From positions 35,400 through 99,399 of IMG/VR virus record IMGVR_UViG_3300020419_000009: a DNA stretch of 64,000 nt; one strand, 5' to 3'. The notes below the pieces were generated by a model. That model was not told the origin of the DNA and ran no database searches. It saw only the letters and a program-made list of their open reading frames with translations. A program made the position numbers and the translations under genes. The DNA comes from a virus. Of the stretch, positions 1 through 10,210 are shown one piece after another (the stretch's first letter is position 1; the number at the start of each line of letters is the position of its first letter).

Positions 1-3000
1 ATTTCTGCTGTCACTATAGACAAGTCAGGGCAGAATTATACAAGTAACATTTCTTTAACAATTAGAAAATTCTCCGTTCTTGTAAAAAATGATGAAACTG
101 TCGGAGGAAAATGGGCCATATTTGCATGGAGTGGTTCTGAATGGTTAAGAACAAAAACACAAAGTTTTGACGTAAGTGCATACTGGCAGTATATTGACTG
201 GTATAAATTAAACTACAATCAATTTACACCTATAGATTTTACTGTTGAAAGTAGTTACCAACTAAGTGGCTTAGATGATAATATAGGTAATGTAGTAAAA
301 ATTAGAAATGTTGGTACAGGAGGATGGCTGTTATTACAAAAGACAGGTGATACTATGTCCTCTGATTACACTGTAAACTATGATACAATAGGTAGAGAAA
401 ATGGTACAATAGAATTTAAAAATAGTTTGTATGACGTGTCTAATGAAAATATTGCTTATGACGGTGCAAGTTTTGACAAAATATTTTATGACACAGAGCC
501 TGTAGAAGAGTTTAGAAGAATATTATCAATTGTTAAAAATAAAATATTTACAGACGATCTTGGCATACATTGGAATAACTTATTTTTTGCAAGTTTAAGA
601 TATGTCTTTTCAGAACAACCTAACGTAGATTGGGCTTTTAAAACAAGTTATATTAAAGCAAAACATAATGTAGGATCGTTGACACAAAAAGTGAACTTTC
701 AAAACGATAACTTGTCAAGTTATGAAAGTTATGTACAAGAAATTAAGCCTTACAAAACTAAGATTAGAGAATATCTAAGTTCGTACGAAAAAATTGATCC
801 TTCTGCATCTTCAATTACTGATTTTGATCTACCTCCTGTCTATAATGTTGACGCAGGAAAAATTATTCCTCAGAGTGTACAGATTGTAGATAACAAAGTT
901 GTTTCTGGAACATCTGATATTACAAATTATCCTAGTAAACATTGGGTAGATAATATAGGTTTCGAATTAACTTCACTAACGATCGCTGATGCAGGATCAG
1001 GATATAATGGCCCTCCTAAAATAAAAATAACAGGCGGCGGCGGATCTGGGGCTGAAGCAAAAGCGTATATTGGTACTGATGGTAAAGTTACTGCGGTAGA
1101 AATGTTAAAAACAGGGAGCGGATATCTATCACAGCCAACAATAGAAGTGCAAGGTTCTCAAGCAGACGGATCTATAACAGCAAGAGTAAGTCCAGTTCTT
1201 GGAAAAGGTAAAGCAAGAGCAGTGCATGTTGTTTGTAAATTTGATAGAACAACAGGAGTTTATCTTTTTAATACGTTATCTGAAACACAAACATTTACAG
1301 CAACAAACGACCAACAGATATTTAATGTTAAATGGCCAATGCAATTAAAGTCTACGAAAATTACTGTTACAGTAGACGGTTTAGAATCTTTAAGAAGTGA
1401 ATACACCTTTACTAATATTAAGGATACTTCTAAAGGATATACAAGAAATTATGGAAGAATATTTTTTACAGCACCGCAGTCTGCGGGATCAACAATTATT
1501 ATTACCTATGATAAAGCACCGGACTTATTACAAGCACAAGATAGAATAAATCTTTACTACAATCCTGCAACAGGTATGTTTGGAAAAGAACTTGGCCAAG
1601 TAATGGACGGAATAGATTACGGTGGAGTAGAAGTTAGCAGTTATAGTTTTGGTACAGGAACTGGTTGGGATTCAGATAATTGGTTTACTGGCACATATGA
1701 TACATTTGATACAACGTATGATGATGAAATTTTTCAGTTAGATGGTAGTACAGAAGTATTTGCATTAACTAATCCTTTAGCAAACGGTGTTGTTTATAAC
1801 ATTTATAGGAACGGTGTAAGGATTGACGATCCTAACTTTGGCACAGCTAGTCAAACTAATACCAATGCTGTTATGCAAAGTATTACAGGAGACGGAACTA
1901 CAACAACAGTTACAATAACGAAATCAGTGCAAAGTTTTCAAGCAAATGATGTTGTAGTAATAAGGAAAACTACATCAGATGGTTCTTTCCTTCCAGATCC
2001 TAGGTCATATGATACTTTATTAAGCGGTGGTGATCTACAGTTTACAACAGCTAAAGGAATTAATCCCGAAGATATTGTTATAGATGGTGACGGATTTGTT
2101 ACTCCTACTACTTCTAAAGGTCCTGAAGAGCAAGTACCGGGTCAAATATTAGATTCTGTAGATATTAAAGTATTTCATAGACCAAAAGAAGGTGGAAGCC
2201 TACTATCTAGTAATTCTTATAACGCCGACGGATCTCGTGTAGAATTTGCATTTGGAATACAGCCTCAAAATAAAGAAGGATTAATTGTTAGAGTAAATGA
2301 TATAATTCAAGCACAAAATTTATATACAGTAGATTATAGATTAAAAACAATAAGATTTAATTCTGCTCCTACGTCTAATGTAACAGTGAATATTATAAGT
2401 GTAAGTGGTAATGGAGAAAATGTTGTTGAAGCAGATGAATTTATAGGTGACGGAAGTACAACACAGTTTTTAACAAAAGCAAGATGGACATCTAAATTAG
2501 ATTATTACGCAACGGTAAACGGAGTAGCCGTTGAGTCAGTATTAATTCCTAGTACAGATAGTACTGACGAAGATGCTAAAGCAATTATGTCATTTGGTAG
2601 TGCACCACCAGATAATAGTATAATAAACTTTGCTGTATACAGTGCAGTTGATAATTTTAGTAAAATTGAAACACAAGAATTTACAGGTGATGGTTCCTCA
2701 AAAATATTTACTTTAAATAAAACTCCTTATAGTGCTAAGCCTAACAGTCATAATGTAATTGTTAAGCAAGGTAATAAAATTTTAAATCCGGGCTATAATC
2801 AACAGTTTACAGTTAGTACAGGAGTATCAGAATACTTCTTAGAGATATGGCAAAGACCTATTGGAAGTTTTGATAACTCCGATGTATTAGTTTTACTTAA
2901 TGGTAAAGAATTAACTATTGCAACTGAATACAATATTAGACCTGCTAATAGTTCTGTGATACTAGAACCAGGTATAGGTTCATCTGGAGATACATTAGAA

Positions 3001-4143
3001 GTTTATATTAGAACTGATGGTGAATATGCATTTGGAAGTATACAGGTTATTAATAATCAAAATACTTGGGTAGACAGTGGTGCAGATTTACAGTTTACAA
3101 CAGCACCTGCTATTGATGAGAAGATTACAGTATATACATTTAACAAACATGACTCTTTAGATTTTGAAAGAATTAATTACGATGTAGTTTCTAGATCAAC
3201 GTTGTCGGTAGGATCAACAGACCATATAGAATACAATCATTTACGAGCTGGATTGGTAAAATTAAGAAAATTAGCCGTAGATGCTCAATTTGTTTGGTTG
3301 ACAGTTAACGGAGTGTTAAAAACTCCTAGCGTAGATTATAAGTTGACTGATGATAAACTGTTTGTTAAATATAATGGTTCTTTTGCTGATAATGATGTTA
3401 TAGAGTTGATACACTTTAGCAGTGACGGTCCTCAACAGCCTAAATTTGGATTTAGCCAATTTAAGGACATATTGAATAGGAACATTTATAAAAGGCTAGG
3501 AGATATATCTTCTATAAAACTAATAAAGCCATTATTAATTACAGATAAAGAAATACATTTAGATAACACAATTAATTTAAGTGCTCCTGACAAAACAAGT
3601 AGCATACCAGGAATAATTTTTATAAATGGTGAAAGAATTACTTATTTGGTCAAAACTGGTAATGTTTTAAAACAATTACAAAGAGGAACACTAGGTACAG
3701 GAGTGCCAACGATACATAATACAGGCAGTGATGTGTATAATGCTAATTTACAGCAAACAGCACCGTATGCCGATTCAACTATTACTGAAAACTTTACTGG
3801 AGACGGATCCACAAGCACATTTATTTTAGGGTTTACACCTAACTCTGCTAATGAATTTGAGGTATTTGTTGCTGGTAAGCGTCTAAGAAAGAACGCAATA
3901 AGCGTTTTTGATGCTACAAAGGATCAAGACTCTCCAGAAGCAGATGTTATATCACCAGCAGAATTTTCAGTAACTGGATCAAGTAATGTTTTAACACTTA
4001 CTAATATACCTACTAACAACGCTAAAATACAGGTAATACGTAAGCAAGGAAAACGCTGGACAGATCCAGGAATTTCACTTAATGATGCGGAAAGTTTGGT
4101 AGCACGTTTCTTTAAGGCGGAAAAGGTGGAGCTACCAAAATAA
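1..4143 (+). CDS. Giant virion structural protein (baseplate wedge-like), 5'-truncated by window edge
   Basis: Frame 1 is open from base 1 to the ATG at 355 and on to TAA 4143. Gly/Thr/Ser-rich, with repeated F(T/I)GDGS..F modules and a GSGY..PP.I.I.GGGG.GA motif typical of T4-like structural proteins; upstream of tail genes. Confidence 0.7.
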   Translation: MSAVTIDKSGQNYTSNISLTIRKFSVLVKNDETVGGKWAIFAWSGSEWLRTKTQSFDVSAYWQYIDWYKLNYNQFTPIDFTVESSYQLSGLDDNIGNVVKIRNVGTGGWLLLQKTGDTMSSDYTVNYDTIGRENGTIEFKNSLYDVSNENIAYDGASFDKIFYDTEPVEEFRRILSIVKNKIFTDDLGIHWNNLFFASLRYVFSEQPNVDWAFKTSYIKAKHNVGSLTQKVNFQNDNLSSYESYVQEIKPYKTKIREYLSSYEKIDPSASSITDFDLPPVYNVDAGKIIPQSVQIVDNKVVSGTSDITNYPSKHWVDNIGFELTSLTIADAGSGYNGPPKIKITGGGGSGAEAKAYIGTDGKVTAVEMLKTGSGYLSQPTIEVQGSQADGSITARVSPVLGKGKARAVHVVCKFDRTTGVYLFNTLSETQTFTATNDQQIFNVKWPMQLKSTKITVTVDGLESLRSEYTFTNIKDTSKGYTRNYGRIFFTAPQSAGSTIIITYDKAPDLLQAQDRINLYYNPATGMFGKELGQVMDGIDYGGVEVSSYSFGTGTGWDSDNWFTGTYDTFDTTYDDEIFQLDGSTEVFALTNPLANGVVYNIYRNGVRIDDPNFGTASQTNTNAVMQSITGDGTTTTVTITKSVQSFQANDVVVIRKTTSDGSFLPDPRSYDTLLSGGDLQFTTAKGINPEDIVIDGDGFVTPTTSKGPEEQVPGQILDSVDIKVFHRPKEGGSLLSSNSYNADGSRVEFAFGIQPQNKEGLIVRVNDIIQAQNLYTVDYRLKTIRFNSAPTSNVTVNIISVSGNGENVVEADEFIGDGSTTQFLTKARWTSKLDYYATVNGVAVESVLIPSTDSTDEDAKAIMSFGSAPPDNSIINFAVYSAVDNFSKIETQEFTGDGSSKIFTLNKTPYSAKPNSHNVIVKQGNKILNPGYNQQFTVSTGVSEYFLEIWQRPIGSFDNSDVLVLLNGKELTIATEYNIRPANSSVILEPGIGSSGDTLEVYIRTDGEYAFGSIQVINNQNTWVDSGADLQFTTAPAIDEKITVYTFNKHDSLDFERINYDVVSRSTLSVGSTDHIEYNHLRAGLVKLRKLAVDAQFVWLTVNGVLKTPSVDYKLTDDKLFVKYNGSFADNDVIELIHFSSDGPQQPKFGFSQFKDILNRNIYKRLGDISSIKLIKPLLITDKEIHLDNTINLSAPDKTSSIPGIIFINGERITYLVKTGNVLKQLQRGTLGTGVPTIHNTGSDVYNANLQQTAPYADSTITENFTGDGSTSTFILGFTPNSANEFEVFVAGKRLRKNAISVFDATKDQDSPEADVISPAEFSVTGSSNVLTLTNIPTNNAKIQVIRKQGKRWTDPGISLNDAESLVARFFKAEKVELPK

Positions 4144-4146
4144 ATA
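4141..4146 (+). promoter_or_regulatory. T4-late-like promoter motif TAAATA
   Basis: TAAATA overlapping the stop of the giant gene, upstream of ATG 4165; the motif recurs before other late genes. Confidence 0.45.
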
Positions 4147-4164
4147 CAGTTGTAGGAAAATAAT

Positions 4165-4776
4165 ATGATTGACAATTTTAAAGAAAATAACGGAGTATTA
4201 CTTCAAGGACATATTAAGATTCATAACCCTGAATCTGGTGAAATTCTAGTAGACAAACGAAACGCTATTCATTATGAAAATATGAGTATTTCTTTAGCTG
4301 AGAGTTTAGCAAATGCTGGTTCTGGCTTTATATATCAAATGGCGTTTGGAAACGGTGGTACTAGTATTGACCCGACAGGCATCATTACATATCTTACACC
4401 AAACTCAACAGGTACAAATGCAAGTTTATACAACCAAACATTTATTAAGGTTGTAGACGATAGGAGTGTTAACAATACCGATCCTGCTAGAAACAAGATA
4501 GAATCTAGACATGTAAGCGGTACAAACTACACAGATATATTAGTTACTTGTTTATTAGATTATGGTGAACCAACAGGACAAGATGCTATTGATAATGCAA
4601 CAAACGCCAATAGTTTGTATGTGTTTGATGAGTTAGGATTAGTAAGTTATGATGCATCTGGAACAGGAAGATTACTAACACACGTTATATTCCATCCAGT
4701 ACAAAAAAGTTTGAACAGACTTGTACAAATTGATTATACAGTGAGAGTTCAAAGTTTATCAGGGTTGAATGAATAA
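4165..4776 (+). CDS. Baseplate/tail-associated structural protein
   Basis: 203 aa ORF after a TAAATA motif; MAFGNGG...FDELGL...LLTHVIFHPVQKS pattern resembles phage tail-fibre-attachment/baseplate proteins; coupled to the next gene (TAATG). Confidence 0.55.
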   Translation: MIDNFKENNGVLLQGHIKIHNPESGEILVDKRNAIHYENMSISLAESLANAGSGFIYQMAFGNGGTSIDPTGIITYLTPNSTGTNASLYNQTFIKVVDDRSVNNTDPARNKIESRHVSGTNYTDILVTCLLDYGEPTGQDAIDNATNANSLYVFDELGLVSYDASGTGRLLTHVIFHPVQKSLNRLVQIDYTVRVQSLSGLNE

Positions 4777-6857
4777 TGGCTTATACAATAAATTACGCGG
4801 ATACTAACAAAGGTACAATATCTATAGAAGACAGTACGATCAACCAAACTACCAGTTTAGATATACCGGGCAGAAACACTACAAGTTATGGTTCAGTTAT
4901 TGCGAATAGTTTTTTAAATGTATTAGAAAATTTTGCTAATACATCAGCGCCAAGAAACCCAATCCAAGGACAATTATGGTATGATAGTTCAACTGGAGTA
5001 AACACATTAAAACTATATGATGGAACAGGTTGGATAAATGCAAGTGGATTGAAAAAAGGAAATACTGCTCCTACAGTATCTTCGGCACTTACTGGAGACT
5101 TATGGAGTGATACAGATAACAATCAATTATATATTTTTACAGGATCAGGATGGACATTAGTAGGACCTGAATATAGTGATGGTTTGTTGACAGGATCAAA
5201 GCCGGTAGTCGTAACAGGTAAAGATGAAGTAAACTATACAATTTTACAGACAGAGGTTGCAGGAAGTCCTATAGCAATATATAGCACTAAATCATTTGCA
5301 CCTAAAACAACCATTAACGGATTTGAAACTATACAACCAGGATTAAATCTTTCTACAATTGATATCGGCGGAGCCGGTATAGGAAAATTTTATGGCACAA
5401 GTGAAAAAGCAGAAAACTTAGTAGTAAGTAATGTTAGTGTGCCTGCATCTAAGTTTTTAAGAAGTGATGTAACTAGTACCTCAGACAACCAAATTATTGT
5501 TAGTAATAATAAAGGAATACAAGTAGGACAAGATGCTATTGTTACTTTTGATGTGCAAGGTACATCAGGAGTTGTAACAAATTTAACTTCAGGTGCACCT
5601 ATTGATTTTAAAGTAAACAATTTAGGCACACAGAAAAACGTTATTAGGATTGACTCTACAGAAAAAGTTGGAATAAACACTCTAAGTCCAGCAGAAGCAT
5701 TAGATGTAGCAGGATCAATCCAAGCAAGTACAAATTTAATAGTTCAAGGTACAACTGATAGTTCTAGTATAGGAACAGGAGCAGTAAAAATTTCAGGTGG
5801 AGTTGGCATAGCCAAGAAGTTATACGTAGGAACTGACTTAAATGTTGCCGGAACTAGCACAACAGGAACAATATTGCCTAGTGCAACTCAAACACATACG
5901 CTAGGATCATCTACAAACAGATGGTCACAAGTACATGCAGTTGAATTTAGAGGAAATCTTATAGGAAACATTACTGGTACTGTTACAGGTGGTGCCGCAA
6001 ATGCTAATAAGTTAACTAGTGCAAGTACTTTTGAATTATCAGGTGATGTAAGTTCTAATCAAATTACATTTGACGGCCAGATAGGCGGAACTACAAAGAC
6101 ATTTACGACAGCGATTAGTAATACGTTTATTGCAAACAAGGCATTAGTAACTACACCAAATACAGATGATGAAATTATAATTAACAGGATTTCAGGTGAT
6201 GAAACAGGGGTGTTTAAGATTAGTCAACAAGCATTGACAAGCTCTGTTCCAGTGATACCTATTGGAAGTATTATGCCATACGGTGGTAGTAGTGTGCCGG
6301 GAGGTTGGTTAGAGTGTGATGGACGAGAAGTAAAAATTTCAGATTATTTAACATTATATAATACCATACTATACCAATTCAAGGATCAGAGTCAGGTGAC
6401 ATCAGGACAATTTGGTTTACCAGATCTTAGAGGTAGATTTCCACTTGGTGCTGATAACATGGGCGGTACAAGTATAAACAGAGTTACAGACGTAAATGCT
6501 GATACAGTTGGACTTGGTTCAGGTGTAGAAAGTCGTGCAATTGATGTTAGAAACTTACCTGAACACGAACATGATTTAAGATCACCTAAAGGTGCTCAGT
6601 TTTATGTAATTTTAGATGATAGCGGTACGCCACAGGATGCTGATACTATTCCTTATGATGCACCGACAGGAACTGGAGCAGGACAAGCCAGAACTTCTTC
6701 CGGTGGTGTATTAAATAGAAGAAACATTCAATATAATCAACAAACAGGTTTAGAAACTTATGAAACATTTGATATTACAGAGTTAGGTACTCCGTACAAT
6801 GTTATGAATCCGTTCTTAACAGTCAAATATATAATTTATTCAGGAGTTGGGGGCTAA
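4776..6857 (+). CDS. Tail fibre with C-terminal phage tail-collar domain
   Basis: Tail-collar motif IPIGSIMPYGG...GWLECDG...FGLPDLRGRFPLG, followed by NLPEHEH and NPFLTVKYIIY; N-terminal domain shared with the next two genes. Confidence 0.8.
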   Translation: MAYTINYADTNKGTISIEDSTINQTTSLDIPGRNTTSYGSVIANSFLNVLENFANTSAPRNPIQGQLWYDSSTGVNTLKLYDGTGWINASGLKKGNTAPTVSSALTGDLWSDTDNNQLYIFTGSGWTLVGPEYSDGLLTGSKPVVVTGKDEVNYTILQTEVAGSPIAIYSTKSFAPKTTINGFETIQPGLNLSTIDIGGAGIGKFYGTSEKAENLVVSNVSVPASKFLRSDVTSTSDNQIIVSNNKGIQVGQDAIVTFDVQGTSGVVTNLTSGAPIDFKVNNLGTQKNVIRIDSTEKVGINTLSPAEALDVAGSIQASTNLIVQGTTDSSSIGTGAVKISGGVGIAKKLYVGTDLNVAGTSTTGTILPSATQTHTLGSSTNRWSQVHAVEFRGNLIGNITGTVTGGAANANKLTSASTFELSGDVSSNQITFDGQIGGTTKTFTTAISNTFIANKALVTTPNTDDEIIINRISGDETGVFKISQQALTSSVPVIPIGSIMPYGGSSVPGGWLECDGREVKISDYLTLYNTILYQFKDQSQVTSGQFGLPDLRGRFPLGADNMGGTSINRVTDVNADTVGLGSGVESRAIDVRNLPEHEHDLRSPKGAQFYVILDDSGTPQDADTIPYDAPTGTGAGQARTSSGGVLNRRNIQYNQQTGLETYETFDITELGTPYNVMNPFLTVKYIIYSGVGG

Positions 6858-8686
6858 TGGCATATCAAATTAACAAAACAAGTGGCGCATTATTAGTCAA
6901 CTTAGCAGACGGTCAAATAGATATTAATTCAACTGACATTACTTTAATAGGAAAAAACTATTCTGGTTTTGGTGAAGCAATTAACGAAAACTTTGTTAAG
7001 ATGTTAGAGAACTTTGCAAATAGCTCAGCACCATCTCAACCTTTAGCAGGACAAATATGGTGGGATACATCTAACCAAAGGTTACAAGTATACACAGGTA
7101 CATCTTGGACTACTGGTGGCGGACCTATTGTAAGTGCATCACAACCAGACATGGTAGCAGGAGATTTGTGGATTAATAATAATCAAAATCAAATGTATTT
7201 CTTTGATGGTACAGATCTTACACTTGCAGGACCTATTTACAATGCATTTCAAGGAAAATCAGGACCTGAAACTGTAACAGTTCTTGATAATACAGGCACA
7301 AGTCGTAATATTGTAAAATATTGGATAGGCGGGTCGCTTGTTGGATTATGGAGTAAGATTGCATTTACACCACAAAATATAGATACGATTCCTAACTTTA
7401 CAGGAAATGTTGTAAAAGGATTCAACGTTGTAGATGCAGATTTTGTTTTTGCCGGAACAGCAACAAGAACAGAATCATTAGTTGATTCTTCAGGTGTTGT
7501 TAGAACAGCAGGACAGTTTTTAGCAAGTGATTCAGATGACTCTACAAGTGGTGCATTATCAGTAAGAAACAATAACGGACTAACTATAGGATTAACAGAC
7601 AATAATCAAATAAAAGTTACAAACTTAGGTGTTGTTTCTGAAAACAATGTATCTGGTGAAAACTATATTATTAGAATGACAACTAGTTTAGGTAAAAAAG
7701 ATGCTGTAACTATAGATTCAACAAATAGTAGAATAGGAATTTACAATTCATCACCTAGTGCAACGTTAGACGTTACAGGTGACATGAAAGTAAGTGGTAA
7801 TTTTACTGTAGCAGGTACACAAACTACTTTAGATGTAGAAACTTTAAGAGTAAGAGATAAGCAAATACAGTTAGCTAGAGGCGATGATAGTACATTATTA
7901 GACAATGCTGGCGTAGATGAATCAGGAATAACGGTAGAATCATCAGGTGGAAACAAAGAATGGTTATGGAAAAATGCAACCAATTCTTGGACATCAAATG
8001 TAAACATCAATATGACAGGCGGAGCAAAACTCCAATCCGATGGTGTTGACCTAATTGATGGTACAACTGCTCCTGGTATAACTGCAATTGGTAACTTGAC
8101 AAGTGCTAATATAGGAAATATGAGCTTTGCTGGTATAACAATGACTACTGGAACACCAAGTGCAGGTAATGGATTGCTAATGAATCTTGCAGGTGATTTA
8201 AGCATGGTACAAGCAAGGAAAATTAGGAATGTAAGTGATCCTGTATCAGATCAGGATGTGGCAACTAAAGCATACGTGGATAGTAGTATAGATTTAGAGG
8301 TTATTCCACTGACATTAGATATTACAGGTTTAGGCACGGGTAGTAATTTAAACACAAATATTGCAACAATAATCAACGATATTTCACCGTCAACTACTAA
8401 AAGAGACGGTACAGAAGCTAGAGTGCATTGTACTTCTACTGTAGGAGCAACTGCTACACTATCTGCTTCAAATTTGAATAATAGTTTCAATAAAAGTTTA
8501 ACAACAGTGCAAAAATTAGACGGTAATGGTGCCGATGATGGGTCTGCATCGGTGATTGGAGACGCAACATTTAATGATGTTACTGGTTCTATTACTTCAT
8601 CTGTAACAAGGACCTTGAAATTATTTAGAGTTAACAACGGATCATGGGGTTATGTGCAAGACCTAACTCCGGGCAACTTAGTATAA
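6857..8686 (+). CDS. Tail fibre/baseplate structural protein
   Basis: 609 aa, Thr/Ser/Gly-rich; N-terminal MAYQIN...GKNYSGFGE..NENF..MLENFA...GQIWWD domain; DVATKAYVD fibre motif. Confidence 0.7.
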   Translation: MAYQINKTSGALLVNLADGQIDINSTDITLIGKNYSGFGEAINENFVKMLENFANSSAPSQPLAGQIWWDTSNQRLQVYTGTSWTTGGGPIVSASQPDMVAGDLWINNNQNQMYFFDGTDLTLAGPIYNAFQGKSGPETVTVLDNTGTSRNIVKYWIGGSLVGLWSKIAFTPQNIDTIPNFTGNVVKGFNVVDADFVFAGTATRTESLVDSSGVVRTAGQFLASDSDDSTSGALSVRNNNGLTIGLTDNNQIKVTNLGVVSENNVSGENYIIRMTTSLGKKDAVTIDSTNSRIGIYNSSPSATLDVTGDMKVSGNFTVAGTQTTLDVETLRVRDKQIQLARGDDSTLLDNAGVDESGITVESSGGNKEWLWKNATNSWTSNVNINMTGGAKLQSDGVDLIDGTTAPGITAIGNLTSANIGNMSFAGITMTTGTPSAGNGLLMNLAGDLSMVQARKIRNVSDPVSDQDVATKAYVDSSIDLEVIPLTLDITGLGTGSNLNTNIATIINDISPSTTKRDGTEARVHCTSTVGATATLSASNLNNSFNKSLTTVQKLDGNGADDGSASVIGDATFNDVTGSITSSVTRTLKLFRVNNGSWGYVQDLTPGNLV

Positions 8687-8689
8687 ATA
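8682..8689 (+). promoter_or_regulatory. T4 late promoter consensus TATAAATA
   Basis: Exact TATAAATA 28 nt upstream of the tail gene at 8718. Confidence 0.55.
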
Positions 8690-8717
8690 CATATAACATA
8701 CGATTAGGGGTTAATAC

Positions 8718-10196
8718 ATGGCGTACATAATAAATTTAACAAATGGCACACAGTTAGCTTCCGTAGAAGATGGAACTATTGACCAAACTACCACACTAAA
8801 ATTAGTTGGTAAAAACTATGCTGGTTATGGTGAAATCCAAAACGAGAACTTTGTTCATTTGCTGGAGAATTTTTCAAGTGCAAACCAACCTGCTTCTCCT
8901 TTATCAGGGCAGATTTGGTTTGATAGTTCAGTAAAAAAACTTAAATTTTACGATGGAACTAAATTTAGAACAACAGGTGGAGCAGAAGTATCCACAACAC
9001 AACCGGTTGGTTTAACAACTGGAGATTTTTGGTGGGATTCAACAAACAACCAACTTTACGCACAAAATGCCGCAGGCGCTTTTACCCTAATTGGTCCACA
9101 AAGCATTGGTGCAACTGTAACAGCAATGGTTACAGCTCAAGTAAAAGATAGCAATCAAGTAAACAGAACTGTAATAAGAGGTACTATTGAAGATAATACG
9201 GTCTTTATAGTAAGTAATTCAGAATTTACCATTGACAGCACAGATGCAAGTAATGTTATCACAGGATTTGATGTTGTACGACAAGGTATAACATTAAGAA
9301 ATACCACATCTAGTACAAATGGTGCAACGAGTAGTGCCCATAGATTTTACGGAACGGCTACAAACGCAGACAAGTTAAATGGCCAACCAGCATCTAGTTA
9401 TGCACTTTCAGGAAATGCAAACTTTTCTAGTGTAGTAAGATTTGGAGATCCGGGATATACAGTAGGAGCGGCAAACGATTTAGCTTTTTTCATTGATAGT
9501 GCAGGTTCAGGTAACGAAGCTGTCATAGAAAATACTACAGGACAAAAAATAAGGTTCAAAGTAAAATCAGGTGCAGGTGTATCAACAGAACCAATGCATA
9601 TTTCGGCAACAGGTTTAATACCTACGACAACAGCAACTTATGATATAGGTGATACAAACTTTAAATTTAGAAATATTTACGCCAATTCCTTTATAGGATT
9701 GGCAACTAATGCAACAAATTTACAAGTTGGCTCTAATTTTAGAACAGGTGATGTAAATGCAACAAATAACACTGTTGCTGTAAGAGATTCAAGCGGAAAT
9801 TTAGCCGCGAATACATTTAATGGAATATCAACATCGGCAAAATATGCTGACTTGGCAGAAAAATACTCCACTGATCAACATTATCCAGTAGGAACATTAA
9901 TGACTATAGGCGGAGATGCAGAATCTACAGCATGTGAAGGCGACGATACTTGCATTGGTGTTATTAGTACAAAACCTGCTTATTTAATGAATTCAGATGC
10001 AGACGGTCAAGCAATAGCACTAGTCGGAAGAGTGCCTGTAAGGATTACTGGTCCGGTAAATAAAGGGGATAAGGTTTATATTGCTCAAAACGGAACAGCA
10101 AGTGCAGTTACAGTATTAGGCGATATGATAGGTATTGCATTGGAAACAAACGATAGACACGAAGAAACTTTGGTTGAATGTATTTTGAAGTTATAA
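8718..10196 (+). CDS. Tail fibre/spike with C-terminal intramolecular-chaperone (Peptidase_G2-like) domain
   Basis: Same N-terminal domain; C-terminal YADLAEKY...GVISTKPAYLMN...IALVGRVPV...KGD; preceded by TATAAATA at 8682. Confidence 0.7.
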   Translation: MAYIINLTNGTQLASVEDGTIDQTTTLKLVGKNYAGYGEIQNENFVHLLENFSSANQPASPLSGQIWFDSSVKKLKFYDGTKFRTTGGAEVSTTQPVGLTTGDFWWDSTNNQLYAQNAAGAFTLIGPQSIGATVTAMVTAQVKDSNQVNRTVIRGTIEDNTVFIVSNSEFTIDSTDASNVITGFDVVRQGITLRNTTSSTNGATSSAHRFYGTATNADKLNGQPASSYALSGNANFSSVVRFGDPGYTVGAANDLAFFIDSAGSGNEAVIENTTGQKIRFKVKSGAGVSTEPMHISATGLIPTTTATYDIGDTNFKFRNIYANSFIGLATNATNLQVGSNFRTGDVNATNNTVAVRDSSGNLAANTFNGISTSAKYADLAEKYSTDQHYPVGTLMTIGGDAESTACEGDDTCIGVISTKPAYLMNSDADGQAIALVGRVPVRITGPVNKGDKVYIAQNGTASAVTVLGDMIGIALETNDRHEETLVECILKL

Positions 10197-10210
10197 GATA
10201 AGGAAGTACT

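Noticed and set aside
3924-9871. Antisense ORFs over the tail genes (e.g. 5390..5680, 7249..7602, 7741..8205, 8251..8637)
   Set aside because: Shadow frames of long + strand genes, with no RBS and low-information sequence.
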